A stretch of 64,000 nt of DNA from Eledone cirrhosa (GCA_964016885.1 CAXHJY010001087.1:67165-131164), one strand, 5' to 3'; counted from the first letter of the stretch, positions 1-14,865 are shown. Program-made: numbers and translations. The notes: a model not told the origin generated them from the sequence alone.

Positions 1-84
1 TAAACGAACCCTACAATTTGTAACCAGTTTTCCCAGGTTTTCTTTCTTCTTCCCCTTATTTCCGGGAGGGAGAGGCATGGTGGC

Positions 85-375
85 AGAGTCCTCAAACACG
101 TCTTCGAGTGGGCCCTGTCAGAAGCAACCAATTAATCCAGCTAAGATCCCCAAATGAAACCAGCCAAGCTCATGGATGTTATCCAACCATCTTGCTTGGG
201 GTCTACCCCCGGTTGGTTTTGCTCATGAAATCTGTCCAGCCATTCTTTCTGAAGACATTCTAACCACAGGTCTGTATTATCGGAGCTGTGATCTCTCAAT
301 TCAGAGAAGTAGCGGCTCTACCTGGAATGACTCTCTGATCTCCAAGCTACGCACTTAATTCAGCCTCCTGCCTTC
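85..375 (-). mobile_element. Old RTE-like LINE 3' fragment
   Basis: Aligns by eye with 19515-19760 (shared cagagtcc..gtcagaag, aaatctgtccagc, ttcagagaagtagcggctctacctgga). Confidence 0.55.
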
Positions 376-2053
376 CATCACTCTTAAATAAAATAATTTC
401 AGCATACAATTTGGTAAGCCGATGAACTTAGTTTTTGACATTTCTTGCTCTGATCACACTAAAAAAATTACTAAGCCCTCATTTTCTACTACACAGTCCA
501 TACTCACCCACACAAAACCATGTTACAAACTATACAACCGTTTCCACCACTTTAGATATTTCCCCAATAGTGCTATGCTGCAAAGATGTTTAATTATTTA
601 TTTATTAGTCACAGGAAATTATTATATATTTTATTCAATTATACAAATTTGTATAAAACTGATCCTTTAAGGTTCAGTAATGAGCCTCTCTGAAGTCTGT
701 GCCCTGCTACCTAGTTAGCCTTGATGGTAGCACTAGCCCTGTATAACATAACAATTTACTTCCCACTTTAATATAATTTTAAGGATTTGCTTAGTGTAAC
801 ATATGTTGGACCCTGTATTATATATGGTGTTTGTTAAATTGTTTTTCTGGAGCAGCAAGGCTCACACGAAACCAGAAACAGGCTTGGACCAGTTAAGAAA
901 TGTAGGTCTCATTTCAAACTGTTCATTAAGCATTTTAGTAATCATATATGATTTACAGGTATATACATGTATATAAAGTGTATCTGATGTACTTACAAGT
1001 AACAAGACAGAATATAAGACTGGAAACTTGAAGCGAGTAGCTCCCACCCTCCTCCTCGAAATCAGAGACCATGCCAATTGTTCTCCTCCTCCCTAATTAG
1101 ACTTATAATTTTCAAACCCTAAATCAGGACATTCTCCTTAAACAGGGTCATACCCGATCAAACTGGGACGTATGGTAATCTTATATAAAACATTATCATA
1201 CACAGATATTTACATATTTACCTACATTTAACAAAAATACTTTCTCAAATACGGTAGTGTATAGTTTTGGGGAAGGTTTTGACTGCTATTTCAAGCAGGT
1301 AGTGTGGTTGATTGAAAGAAACGTTAGCGTTAGGGTTAGAGAGAATACCTGCCGTATTTGATAACGGCCCTTTATGTTCTAAGTTTAAATACCACCTTCG
1401 GCAAATGGGGCAAGAGTCGATAAAGAAAAATACCGCTCGGATACTGGGAATCGATGTAATATTCCCCCAAAGCATCATATAAATGGATAGAAGGGGATCG
1501 ATTGATGTTCTAGAAATAGCAGCCAAACCTCCCTGAAATCCCACGCCTACCGTCTTATTAAAAAAAGGAACATATTAGATAACGTAAGGCTGACTGCACT
1601 AAGCCAAGATGGAAAAACAAAATGATCTGATAGTCAATAATGGAATGCCTTTAATCATATGTCTACTGAGTAGGCACTGACTTAGGGCTAAACAACAACT
1701 GTCGTTGAATAATAGCTTTGTTTTTAATGTTATAACACAAGAAACGGTTTTTTATGTGTAGAAACTTTGCACCGGTTACACCGGCTCCTTTGTTATTAGC
1801 CCTAACGTCTCTATTGTAATTTGCGGGAAACATCTCAGAAGGTAAAAATAAAAATATATTTTAAATTTTCCGTCTAATTTATTATAAATTCTTTTTTAAA
1901 AATTAAAGAAAATTTTAAACATTTAACAAATTTTTTACCAAATGTCTTAAAAAAAAAAAACTTTGTTAATACCCATTAAATACCTTGTCTTTTTTTTTAT
2001 TTATTTTGAGAGTGTAAAAGAGAGGCTTCACATATAAATTATCTCTCTCTCGC

Positions 2054-2085
<32 letters not shown>

Positions 2086-3129
2086 GATATAAAAAAAAAC
2101 TGAAAGTTTCAGCCATGTTTCTGACTGTCAACTTGTAAAGGACAGACTAAAGTGATTTACTCGATAAAGGCATTCAGGAGAGACAAAAAACGTTTTTAAT
2201 CGAAACATTTGTCTATTACGAAGAAGTGTTAAGATCCTGCTTAAACTTTTTCATTTACATTGTAGCACTAAAAACGTGAGATAGTTCACAATATATGTAA
2301 AACCTATATATATTATATATAGGTGTATATACTGAAATTGATCAATGCCTTGTGAGTGAAATTTGGTAGACGAAAACTACAGAAGCCTGTCGAATATTTA
2401 TGTATGTCTGTGTTTATGTCCCATAACATAGCGAGTCGACAAAAAAAAGGGATCGATAAATTAAGACCAGACCTAAAAAGGAGTCGATATGATCGATTGA
2501 ATCTTGGCGGTGCCCCAGCATGGCCGTACTCTCTAATGAGTGAAACTCGTACAAGAATAATTGTATATTTATATAAGTTCCAACTGGCTGATACACTTCG
2601 CGGTTATTTAATATTCACTTGGTAAACGATCAAAGTACATTTGGTTATATAAGTATTATGGTTAGTTAATTCTTTATTTTGTATTTTTTTAATGGAGTAA
2701 AAAAGGGAAAAGCATAAATATTTAACGTGGTTGTCAAACATAATTTGTGTTTGCCGTCTATTTTTGTGTAATTTAGAAAGCACACTGGTTTCCAGTCAAT
2801 CAGTATTTTGATTTATAACGACTTTTTTAAATAGGAGGTTATGATGAACGTAAACGTGATTTATATATTTAAATAAATCATTTTACACTGTAATTTTTTA
2901 AAAGTAAGTTGGTGTCGTGAGTGGAAGAAGTTCTGCAGACTATCTTAGTTCTCCTTGGATTTTGTTGCATATATATCTGTGTGTTGTGAAGCCAAGCGCA
3001 AGATGAAATGATTATGTACGGGTTTTCCTGCAGAATGATCTGCATTTTAACGAATCCCACTTTGAAACGGTCGGATACTTCTTTTTTTTTCACATTTATT
3101 TTATTGTGCCTGTCTATGTCTAGTGAGAG

Positions 3130-3460
3130 CATTCGCACACGATCGTAAGGTCGTGAGTTCGACTCACCACGACGCGTTATGTCCTTGAGCAAGGAACTTT
3201 ATTTTTCGTTCTTCCAGTCCACTAAAATTAAGTTGTACCTGTAATTCAAACGATCAGCTTTGTCACATTGTGTTACGCGGAATCACCTTGAGAACTAAGT
3301 TTCAGGAATGCTCGGCCATGTCACGCTGAATCTCCCTGAGAACTACGTTAAGGGCATGCGTGTCAACGAAATGCTCGGTTACTTACATATCAATTTCACG
3401 AGCAAATTGTTCCGTTGATCAAACAACAGGAACACCCGTCATAGGAACCGCCGGAGGTCT
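3130..3460 (+). mobile_element. tRNA-derived SINE (degenerate)
   Basis: B-box GAGTTCGACTC followed by gtccttgagcaag core; second copy at 3660-3910. Confidence 0.6.
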
Positions 3461-3659
3461 AACACACACTACGGATAACAGCTGTCTAGCACCATTTAAA
3501 CAGCTGAGCTGGGTTGAGCGGGTGCGCGCCAACGTATCCACATAACCGGTGTCACACTCAGCGATTGCTGCTGGAATATATACTTTTACTCTAACCTAAC
3601 TTATCTTTGCTATCTTGAGAGATGTTTATGATATGTTTACTGTGTTGACATATATATAC

Positions 3660-3910
3660 GTGCGTGGCTTAGTGGTTAAGGTGTGCGACTCGTGATCGTT
3701 AGTCGTAAGTTCGATTCACGGCAGCGCGTTGTGTCCTTGAGCAAGACACTTCATTTCACATTGCTCCAGTCTGTTCTGCTGGCAAAAGGGAGCTGTACAT
3801 CCTTGTCACACACTGTATCATGCTGAATCTCCCTGTGGAACTATGTTAAAGATAAGTGTGTCTGTGGAATGCTTAGCCATTTACACATTTATTTCACGAG
3901 CAGGCTGATT
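3660..3910 (+). mobile_element. tRNA-derived SINE
   Basis: A-box TGGCTTAGTGG, B-box GTTCGATTC, then gtgtccttgagcaagacact core. Confidence 0.7.
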
Positions 3911-3993
3911 TTACAACAATGGAGGTCTAACGTGTCTAAATATGTGCATGTGGTGTGTCAATATATAATTGTGTGTGTGTATATATATATATA

Positions 3994-4306
3994 TCATCAT
4001 TTCATTTTACGTCCGCTTTTCCCTGCTTGCAAGGGTGGGACGGGAACTGATTCTGGCATGATTTCTACAGCTGGATGCCCTTCCTTACACCAACCTCATT
4101 TACAGTGAGTGCTGGGTGCTTTTTTTCCGTGGCGCCTACACGTCCACTTTACAGTAGAATGATATGGACCCCAGTCACTCTCATCTCATTTCTACAGCTG
4201 AGTGAACTGGAGCAATGTGAAATAAAGGAAACAACACATCACCCGGTCTGAGAATTGAACTCACAACCTTTCGATTGCAAGGTCAATGCTCCAACCACCA
4301 AGCTAT
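3994..4306 (-). mobile_element. tRNA-derived SINE with RTE-type 3' tail
   Basis: Reverse complement of the 43823-44210 SINE; ends in (ATG)n tail. Confidence 0.75.
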
Positions 4307-4359
4307 GTGTATATATATATATACATATTCATCGCTATGTGTGTGTATTTATATATGCC

Positions 4360-4552
4360 TTTTGAGAGGTTTTTGATATGAAATCGTGTGTTGAAACATT
4401 GTTATATTTGGAGAGGGTCATATTGTTATAATATTGCCAGAAATAATAATCAAACACACTGTTTGGTCACGCCAAATCTCCCTGTGGAACAGTGAGTGTG
4501 TTTTATTATTTCTGGCAATATTATACAATATGACACTCCCTAAATATAACTA
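4360..4552. mobile_element. Decayed fold-back made of PLE 3' ends (same family as 14861-15870)
   Basis: Imperfect inverted repeat; left part matches the reverse complement of 15785-15850 (gaaatcgtgtgttgaaac..ttgttata..gggtcat). Confidence 0.55.
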
Positions 4553-5305
4553 TATATACACACACACAGACATACATACATGTGTAAATATGTGTGTGTG
4601 ACATTTATATAAATGTTACTTTTTATCTTTGTAGGTTGATGCTGTTGTGAGGTGTATTACCAAAATATTGGCTGCTCCAAGTCACCCAAGTGCCTTCATT
4701 CGCAACATCCATATTATACACACACACACACACTGCTCTTAGCAGATACATTGGGAGAAGTTGTCACTAACTTTGACCTAACTCTTTCTTTTATTTCTAT
4801 ATATATATATATAATGTCCCACCCTTGCAAGCAGGGAAAAGCGGATGTAAAATGATGATAATTATATATATATTTCTCTACTGAGTTGTGTGAGCCCTGT
4901 CCATTCTTCTAGCAACTGTTCGACATGAGTAAGAAAAAAAATGAAGGGAGACTGTTTTAAAGAGGGAAGGGTTTCTGTTATATTTCTCTAATGTTATTCA
5001 CTTTTCAAAGCCTTCTGACTCCCATTCTATGTTTTATGTATATGAAATTTTATAAAGGAAAACAAATCCTTTTTGAATGTGGCTGACCTGTAAAATAGGG
5101 GGAAAAAGACAACATGAACATTTCATTTCCATTAGACTTAACAAATTACCATAGCGATAATGTTTAACCCTGTTTTGCTCTAGAAAGGCAAGGGTGTGGG
5201 GTTTCCTTTTTTTTTTTTTTTTTTTTTTTTTACCTTATTTTTTTCTATTGTATTTTCTCGGATCTCAACTATTTGTATTTTTCTACATTTTCTACTTTGT
5301 CACCA

Positions 5306-6529
5306 ATGAATAATCTAATGGCAAACACTACAACATTAATCCACTGTGACATGCAGGATCTAGAGACAGCTGCAACCATAGTTCACTTGAACACAGCAGC
5401 TGTCACTGCATCTGTCAATGATAAGACTGCAGTGTGCAACATTTGCGGAAAAGTGTTCAGCCGACACAATCTGGAACGCCACAAGCGTACTCATCGCGGT
5501 GAGAAGCTTTTTTCATGCATGGTGTGTGCTCGAAGCTTCTCCCAGAAATCACACCTCACCGTACATGAACGAATACATACTGGAGTGCGCCCATTCAAAT
5601 GCACAATATGCGGGTGTGCATTTTCACGGAAGGATTACCTTGTTCGCCATACGCGTACGCAGCACAGTGGCAAAGTGTACAACATCAACAACCAAATTGT
5701 CACCACACCTCAAGCGCCCCCTATGAAGAAAAATCGGGTGAAAAAGACCAACAAAAGCAACACTTCCAAACTACATGTTAGCAATACAGTGAGATCCAGT
5801 CAACCTGTTTATAATCATCAACAACAACAACAGCATCAAGTGATTTCTAACCAAATTTCACCTGTAACATCGAACCCATTTGACTGTGAAGAATGCTGGC
5901 GAGAATACAACCAGTCTCAACAAGCCATTGGTATACAGAAGCAGGTTCATCTACCTCCATCATCTGGCCACATTCCAGTTCTGCCATTTGAATGTGATGT
6001 TTGTGGGAAAGGATTCTCTACAGCAAGCAAGCTGTCAACCCATCATAAAACACATTCGCGCCCCAAATTGTTTGACTGCAAGATCTGTGGCAAAGCATTC
6101 TCTCGCCGTGATCACTTACGTGTTCACACACGTATACACTCCGGAGAGCGGCCATTTAAGTGCGAACTGTGTGGCTACGCTTTCACAAGGATCGACCATC
6201 TGGAACGACATAAGCGTCCAAATAAAGGGGCCAGGAAATTGAGTTGTGTCCCTCGTCTTGGTGTCGTTGTTACTGAGGAAGGGACTTCGCCTGCTGTCGC
6301 AATGGAAACTGAACAAAACGGAGAGCAGATTGCAGTGACAGCTACTACTCCTCACCATGGCAATGGCAATGCTACAACTATAACTACCCTAACCAACGTG
6401 CCCCATCACATTACTGTGCCACATCCAGGCAATGTGCTCTACCATACAAACCTTCCTCCTCCGATCAGCGTTGCTTACCATCCTGCTGTACAGCAGATGG
6501 AAGTCTATCACACAGATGTACACAACTAA
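5306..6529 (+). CDS. C2H2 (Kruppel-type) zinc-finger transcription factor with two finger clusters
   Basis: Open frame from ATG 5306 (ORF track starts at a TTG at 5273). Fingers CxxC...HxxxH with GEKLF/TGVRPF/SGERPF linkers. Three fingers, a Q-rich spacer with a degenerate CEECW finger, then three fingers, the last lacking its second His. Upstream exons are possible. Confidence 0.9.
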   Translation: MNNLMANTTTLIHCDMQDLETAATIVHLNTAAVTASVNDKTAVCNICGKVFSRHNLERHKRTHRGEKLFSCMVCARSFSQKSHLTVHERIHTGVRPFKCTICGCAFSRKDYLVRHTRTQHSGKVYNINNQIVTTPQAPPMKKNRVKKTNKSNTSKLHVSNTVRSSQPVYNHQQQQQHQVISNQISPVTSNPFDCEECWREYNQSQQAIGIQKQVHLPPSSGHIPVLPFECDVCGKGFSTASKLSTHHKTHSRPKLFDCKICGKAFSRRDHLRVHTRIHSGERPFKCELCGYAFTRIDHLERHKRPNKGARKLSCVPRLGVVVTEEGTSPAVAMETEQNGEQIAVTATTPHHGNGNATTITTLTNVPHHITVPHPGNVLYHTNLPPPISVAYHPAVQQMEVYHTDVHN

Positions 6530-7148
6530 ACCCTTTATTGTTCCCCCTCTTCCTTCTCTTCTCTATTTCCATCTCCTCTTTCTTCCCCTCTTTCTCTCCT
6601 GTTCGGCTGTACAGACACTTTCTTCTCTCCATATCATATCACTTTTTCAATAACTTCAGTTTCAAACAACATAAATGATGTTAACTCCTCAACACTAACT
6701 AGACTACGTTTGCCACTATTCCTTATCCATAGGAATACCATTATATTAACTCTTAATGTCCTGTACAACATGAGCAAGACATACTTAAAATATACAAAAC
6801 AACCATTAAAAATTAAAGTCTTTACTTCAGTTAATACTGCAAATTTTTACAATTTTTCCACTAGTAATCTAATAAATATTTGAATTAACAAACTTGTTTT
6901 TAGACATTTTCTGCTAAATTATTACAGGAGGTTAAGAGTTAATACTACAAATTTTCACAACGATCTGTCCAATAGTAAAAATACTATAAACATTTGAATT
7001 AAACCCGTTTTTAGACATTTTCTGCTAAATCATTACAATATGTTATGAGTTAAATCTAATGTGAACTCTGACTGGAAACACCATTAACTTGTCAAAGATA
7101 CCCCCCTCCCCCCAAAAGAAGAAGGCTTTATAGGTTTATATTAATGAT

Positions 7149-7345
7149 TTAACCCTTTCATTACCATATTTTTAATGAAAGACTGCCTATATGTTTCAAT
7201 GAAGTTTGTAAATAATTAAAACCAACTCTTTTACCTAAAAATGTTTATGATGAAGGATTTAATAGAAATATGAATATTTTAAAATGAGCAGTTTTGTATC
7301 ATAAATCCAGGCCAGTTTCAGGCAGATTGGTATTGAAAGCGTTAA
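7149..7345. mobile_element. TTAA-bounded MITE (piggyBac-like)
   Basis: ttaaccctttca...tgaaagcgttaa ends; related pieces near 23670-24082 and 52163-52400. Confidence 0.5.
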
Positions 7346-8448
7346 AAGATTGGCCACTAATATTATTTGGTCTTCTAAAAGCATGTTCACTCCACATATA
7401 AGCATTTTCTCTGAATCTTGTTCATACACTCTTTCTTTATCCTTTTCGCATATATATATATTCCTTCTTTTCTTCATACACATACACTTTATGTATGTCT
7501 TGTTCTCATACTCTCTCTCACCCCCCTCTCTCTCTCTCTTTTTCTGCACACATACACTTTATCATCTCTCACTGTATCCATTATAGTTGCCCCTTCTCTC
7601 TCTTATCCGAAAGTCTTTAATATTCAACAGCTCTCTACCTTTAAGTTCTCTACCCACTCCTACCACTCCTCCACAAGACGGAAAACAGCAACTCTAATAA
7701 TTTCATGAACTCTAACCTAAAACAGTTAATAGAATGTGGTAGTGGGAGGAGTGCAGTGAACTGTCAATTGTTGCTATGGGAATATGATTGCCTCCTGCAC
7801 TGTTATTTGGGAGTGCTCTGAAATCCACCAGGCGTTGGTGAATAAAAGTCCAAATTTCAAAATGGACCATCTAAACATGTGATTTGTTCTTATTTCACAT
7901 ATTACATATACATCACTGCACACACACATACATCCCTACACACATATACATCACTGCACAACATACACATCCCAACATATACATATGTACACCCATATAC
8001 ATTTCTACATACATTGAGCCATTACTCAACTTTTCTTTATTTTTTCATAAGATGGTATGGTGTTATTAAGGAAACTTTGGCTGCTATTTCTAGTTAGTTA
8101 AAAGTCCTCATAGAGGCTCCCTTGCTGGCTCTTTAAATTATTAGTATATGTAATAGTGATGTCATTCTCCCAGATCTTAGCTGTACTCCAGGTTAACATC
8201 ATCACCATCACAGCTGTACTACAACTCCAGTATAGGTCTTACTTGAGCCTGGTAGAGTGTCAGTTAACAGTTGGTGATAGCTGAAGATTTACTGACCCTA
8301 AAGAGGAACCCTTGCATTTATAATGTTAAAATGCAATCTTTTGTTGTGGGGTTTAGCAGTTTTTGTTGTTTTTTAACTGTTTAGTGAGACAGAATGGGGG
8401 GAAATGCTTGCTTCAGTAAACTCAGCTAAAGAAAGGCACTAAAGAATT

Positions 8449-8638
8449 AGGTGTTGGTGTTAAACAGGGCAACAGATAAAGTCTAACATCCCAGAACCAG
8501 GTATTGGTGTTAAACTGGGCAACAAATTAAGTCTACCATCCCAGAACCAGGTGGTGGTGTTAAACTGGGCAACAAATTAAGTCTACCATCCCAGAACCAG
8601 GTGGTGGTGTTAAACTGGGCAACAGATTAAGTCTACCA
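8449..8638. repeat. 50-bp tandem minisatellite, about 3.8 copies
   Basis: Unit ggtggtggtgttaaactgggcaacaaattaagtctaccatcccagaacca repeated head to tail. Confidence 0.9.
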
Positions 8639-11600
8639 CTGAAGGAGGCTACAACAGGATTTAAACTCAAAACAAAGATCCAGAATAAATGCCACAAGTT
8701 ATATTGTTATATATTTATATATCTTTTCTCGGTTTATTTATTATGGTATTTCAAGAGAATGATTAGTTTTGTAAATATTTATTTGGTGAAACAGCAACTC
8801 TAATAATGTCATGAACTCAGACCTAGAATGTGTTAGGAGACAGGTGCATTAATATATGATATAGTAGTACAGTCTTTCAGAAAGTTACTGGGGTTGATGT
8901 GGGTGACTAAAGCATAGCCACAGTCTGATTTCTGAAACCTGTAACAATATATGAATAAAGTGTTTTTCAAATGAATAAATGCTTCGCAACAGTTGCATAA
9001 TTTATCCAGGAGAAGACAACCCTGTTCGAAGCCAAAGGAAAAAATAAATAATGCAATTTATTGTTTTACTGAAATAAACTACTGTATTTTCTTGTGTATA
9101 AGACACATTGTAATCCCCAAATCTGCCTGTGTGCTAAACACAAAAGATATGGATATAATAGTAATAATTGTTTCTACTTCTGGCACAAGGCCAGCAATTA
9201 TCCAGTGCATTACTGGTACTATATTTTATTGACCCCGTAAGGATGAAAGGTAAAGTTAACCTCGGCAGGATATAATAGAAATAATGTTGTATACTATATA
9301 CAAGTCATGTATATTATATACTATATACAAGTCATGTATAGCTGTAAATTTTTTATATTCCCCAAACTTTTCTTCGTAGTTTTGGGACAATCAGTCTTTA
9401 AACAGTATGGTATCTGATTAGGATTTGGCTGCTATTTCTAAGATTGTGGCAACCACGTCGAAGCTCCCTCATTGGATTGGCTCATCTGTTCATATAATTT
9501 CATTTACTTTAGGGCAGACATGTCAAACATGCGAACCTTTACAAGCATACCTGTGGCCTGCACATAGGTTTTTACAGCGCGAGCATGTTTTATCTTCATA
9601 ATATAAAATAAAAAAGATTAGTTGTAATGTGCGTAATTAGTTGTGTGTGACCTATGTCGCCTGCTTTAGAGTGAAGTTATTAAATTGGTCCCAAATACTT
9701 GACTGGTACTCTATCAACCATTGAAAGGGCAAAAGGCAAAGTTGACCAGCACAGAATTTAAACACTTCAAGACATTTTTCCTGTTGCTCTATCAATTCTG
9801 CTTGAATCCTTACCCTGCTACCTTATTCCTCCTGCTGATGATTCTCTTTCACAAATTGGGTGTCTTTAGATATAGGTATATAAAATGAAAGTGAATGAAT
9901 ATGCGGTGTTCATGTAGCCAAGAGCTTAGATCTTACTACTAACTATAGAGCAGATGTGAATGTGTAATTTTCATACTGTGACTAACAACCAGGCTCTTAC
10001 TACTAACTGTAGCCACAGCACACATGTGAATGTGATGTTCATGCTGTGACCAACCACTTAGAGGAGCCATTATGTGGTTATTTAACTTGCTAAATGTAAT
10101 AGCTACATTTCCCTCAAATCACACCTATCTTAAGAAAGGACATGAGAAAATGTCCTCTTTGATACAGTATGCCTTTACAAAATGATAAGTTTTCATGAAT
10201 ACATCTTTCAAAATGTAGCAAAAAATCAGTTCAGTTTTATATACCGATATTGAAAGATCCTATTTAGAGTAAAAAAGATAATGTTAATGTCTTAATATAC
10301 AAAAACTACACCCATCACTCGCATTTAAATATGTACCATGCTTTCGCTAAGGGTTGTAGGTACCAATGCAGTTGCAAGCAGACACCTTTGACCCAGCATG
10401 TGCCAGCTGGAAGGAAAAATGCACCAGCACTAGACTGATACTTTATTAACCCTGAAAGGATGAAAAGCAAAGTGGACCTCAGAATGCATATCCAATGATC
10501 TAATCATCATCATCATTTACCATACACTTTTCACGCTAATATGGGTTAGACGGGTTATCCCATTTGAAGCAAGTTGGGTCAGGTGACTGCGTCTTGCTCA
10601 TATAGAACTGTTTCTGGCAAGATCTCTACAGCTGTTGCACTTCCTAACGCCAACCGCATTTACAGTGTGTGCTGAGTGCTTTTTGTTGTGACTCCTACAC
10701 AACTTTACAGTGTGGACTGGGTGCTTTTTGTCGTGATACCTACACGACCACTTTACAGTGTGGGCTGAGTGCTTTTTGTCATGACATTTAAATGACTACT
10801 TCCCCCTTAATGTAATAATATATTGACATAAAATATTCCATTTCTGTGTCACAAAATTAACCCTTAAAATACAGTAATACTTTGTTAAGTGCTCTAGATA
10901 TGCTCCTGAAAAATGCAGTGCTATACATGATCAGTACAATTGAGATGACAGTTGGATTTGGTATATGTAACACTGGTGAGAAATTAAATGAAGATAGAAA
11001 CTTAGACATTTCCAAATGATTGAAAAATGTAACGATTCACTATCTCAGTCCTTCATATACTGTAATATAGAGGGAAGCCATTGGTCTTGTCAAGAACATG
11101 ACAACCTCTCTCTGGTGCCATGATAAAATGCACCCAGTACACTCTGTAAAGCGGTAGTGCCGGTATCACGATAAAATGTATCAAGTACATTCTGTAAAAT
11201 AGCTGGCATTAGGAAGGGCATCCAGCTGCATTAAACCATGCCAAAATATGGAGCATATGAGCAAGATGTGGTTCTGTGATCTGTCTAATCTTGGACTGCG
11301 ACAAACCATGCTAGCATAGATATATATATGAACCTGTAGCTCTTGATAGAGTTATAGGGGTGCCATAGTGATATATGTCTTGAACATTTTAAACTTGGCA
11401 GAACCCATCCCTTTCCAGGTCTCAATACGCATGATTTCTTCCATCGAAGAAGAGAGTGAGGAGATGCAGCGGAAGAATCAATTCCCAGTACTGGACTGAT
11501 ACTTCTTTTATCAACCTTGAAAGTATGAAAGGCAAAGTTGAACTCAGAGTGCAGCGACCCAGAAGTAATACTGCAATCATTCTATCCAATGTTCTAACCG

Positions 11601-12049
11601 CTCTGCCAATTTGCCATCAATATGGTTAGTAAACATAAAATGATGATGTATGTGATCTAATGTTATGATTCTCAAAAAATTATAAAGCAATTTTAATCAA
11701 TTAAAATGTAATTTTGTTATGAAATTATGAAACATTATAACTTCGAAGTTGTATCATTTGTGAATAACTGAAATAAGCAAGTAGCAATTGTAACCATGGC
11801 TACATAGTTTTACTGTAACCATGACTACATTGGTTCACTGTAACCATGGCTACTTAGGTTCACTAACCATGATTCCACAGCTCCACTACAACTTCTGTAT
11901 TTACATTATGGCTATGTAGGTCAACTGTAACAATGACTACAGAAAAGGTTATGCAGAGATGAGTGTCCAGACTGTAGCATGTCCTCACACATTTCAACTT
12001 TCTTGAGTCTTCTCTCACAAAGCAGTTCACAATAACAGGACGTTTCCAG

Positions 12050-13285
12050 AACACCTTTTTACTTTGTTGCTGCAGTCAGAGTCAGGGTCATTCTCAGTAA
12101 AATGTTCTAGGTTTTCTGTAATCTTGGCAATGCTCTTACTGAGGATTCTTTCAGGTGTCATTGGCATTATAGAGACTCTTCTGATTTTGTTGCTGTGCTA
12201 ACCCATGCAGTTCTTCCGTCTTATTCTGGGTGCATTGCTATGCTAATTTGTGCAGCTCTGCAGAATGCTCTTCAGACATACTGTATATTTTGCTGTGCTA
12301 ATTTGGACAGCTCTGAAGTAGAGTCTTCATGTCTATTGTACATGTATTTCTATGCTAATTTGTGCAACTCTGAAGAAGAATCTTCATGTCTATTCTGTAT
12401 GTGTTGTGCTAATTTGGGCAGCTCTGCAGACATATTCTACAAGTGTTGCTCTGCTAACTCTTACAGTTCTTCAATCAATAAACTCTCACCGCAAGACAAT
12501 ATTAACTCCACTACATCTTCTGTATTTACATTTTCTATTTCTCCTTCCCTGGCCAGCTCAACAATGTCGTTGATGACTGCTGGTATTATTTTTTCATCAA
12601 ATTCCAGAAATGTATTGCATGCTTCTGGCCATAGCTTATTCCAAACTTTGTTCATGCATTTTTCAGTTTCTTCATCCCAGGCTGCTGCAATATGATAGTT
12701 TTTTCCAAACTTCTCTAACAGACTGCTGATCTCTTAAACAAGTTGTCTGAAAATATACTGAATATAATAGGTCTCCATATTAGAAATGACACCCTGAGTC
12801 GTTTGTTGGAGTAAGGAAGTGATATTTGAGAGCAAGAAAACTACTTCAATGGGAATACAGGTTTAAAGGGTCTCAATATTTTGAGGGTGACCTGAAGCAT
12901 TACCAATCACCAATAATGCCTTTAGTTCAAGGTTATGTTCTTCACAAAAGCTCTTTACTGCTGGACAAAAATACGAAACAAACCACTGAGTAAATATTTC
13001 TATTGTCATCTACTACTCTTTGTTTTATTTCTAAATCACAGGCAGATGCAATTTTGATATTCCAGCCATAGATTGTGGTGTTTCTGAATGATAAACAAGT
13101 ACTGGCTTCAGTTTAAAATCACGAGAGGTATTGCCCCCAAGTAAAAGGGTTAAACGGTCTTTTCTTGACCTTCATCCCAGAAGTTGTTTTTTCTTCTTCA
13201 GAGATGGAAGTGTGAGCTGGCAATCTATTCAAGAGGAAAACTGTTTCATCTACATTAAAAACTAGCTGGGGAGGATAGGTAAAAG
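12050..13285 (-). pseudogene. Tigger/pogo (TIGD-like) DDE transposase relic
   Basis: Fragments YPPQLVFNVDET..LPAHTSISEEEKT and MNKVWNKLWPEA..IVELARE..EDVVEL, broken by stops and frameshifts; degenerate ~55-bp tandem repeat at 12240-12460. Confidence 0.75.
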
Positions 13286-14834
13286 AAAAAAAATGAGGAA
13301 CTGAAGAAAGTAGAGGAAATTTTGCAAAGCCACCAGAATATGAACACAATGTCATCATAGAAAACTGAACCCCACTCTATGACTATATGCCTTTGTATGT
13401 GCTCTAATTAGTTTGTTGCCAATGAGTGACAGGGCACACACTACACTATTTTAACAAATAAATGAGTATGACTTATTAATTTTAAATATAGCAATTTGCT
13501 AACACTCTATCCCTATGTCTTTAAGTCAGGGAATGGTGTTTAGCAGAAGAAATTCTGATGTTTAGCAGTATAACATCCAAGGAAAGTTTTTATTTTGTAT
13601 AATACAAACAAATGCAAAGTTTTGTATTGGACTTTGTGAGACAAAAACATTATTTCCTGCTTATTGAAAGAATAAAGCATGACGGATTCATTGTACAGAG
13701 CTGTAAAGTTATTGAAAGACAATATGAAATGTCCAACAAGAATTGTATTATAAAGCTACAGAGCTGAGGTTTAAAACAAATATGATGCTGAGAAAGATTA
13801 GCATGAATTAAAATATCATTAGACAATGGTTCTATATACAGGTATGGAAATATGTTTGTCTGGTTATAGTGTGGGTATATAAGTTACAGTCTAAGTTTGG
13901 GTGAAATAAGGTCAAAGAATCCTGAGAGGACACATGAAATATTTGAGTCTGTGTATGTTGATAGTAAGTGCGTGTGTGTAACTGTGGTTGAAGAACTACG
14001 CAAGTTCGTTATCAATGTTTGAATTTTTACGAATGACTTACGATTCAAGTGTCTACACATTTCGTCCTTTACGAAGCTAAGGTAGAGAATTGAGACAGAA
14101 CTCTTAAAGAACAAAAAATATAATAGAGTGCTAAGTGTCTATTAAATTAGGATAAACTAATCGATGGTAATCGTCTTCTCATATGTGGATAAGTTGAACA
14201 AGTCGATTTCTTCATTTCCTGCAGGATTCACACTTTTAGTTAAAAAATGAAACAAAACAAAAGATAAAATAAAGTTGTGTATTAATTTTTACTTTGAAAA
14301 TTAATTTTTAAACTGACATTTACGGCAGAACTATAGTTTAAGTAAGCCCTCGATTTGTTTTCTCAATAATGTATATATTTTATTGATTCCAAAGGGTATA
14401 TTGCGATTATGTCGAAATTAAAATGATACTTTTAAAAATACTTTTATTATTGTATAATTCCGTTCGTTAATGTTATATTTATTACTAAATACTTTCGATT
14501 TGTGTTTGTAGTAGGCTAAAAGATTTGTTCAGTACGCCTTCCAATTTAATGTTTATAATAAACTATCAGAATGGCTCGGGAGTTGTTCTAGGGTTCTTAT
14601 ATATTTGATATATATTTATCCTTATCGAGCCTCATGAAATAAATACGTTTGTTTATATTTTGTTATTGTGTATGCAAAAATATCTGCACACGAATATATA
14701 ATTATATATATATTAAAATAACAGATTAAAGTTTAAGCAAAGAATTGTTGCTTTCACCCTTAACGGGATCTTCTGAAACTAAAAAAAATCAATCTGTGAA
14801 CGCAGAAGTAAATATTTCGAAAAACGTTACACAC

Positions 14835-14865
<31 letters not shown>

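Noticed and set aside
8449-8638. CRISPR-like regular repeat
   Set aside because: Contiguous 50-bp units without unique spacers, no cas genes, eukaryotic context.
12195-12695. 166-aa Cys/Ser-rich ORF on the + strand
   Set aside because: Antisense of the Tigger relic plus a degenerate tandem repeat.
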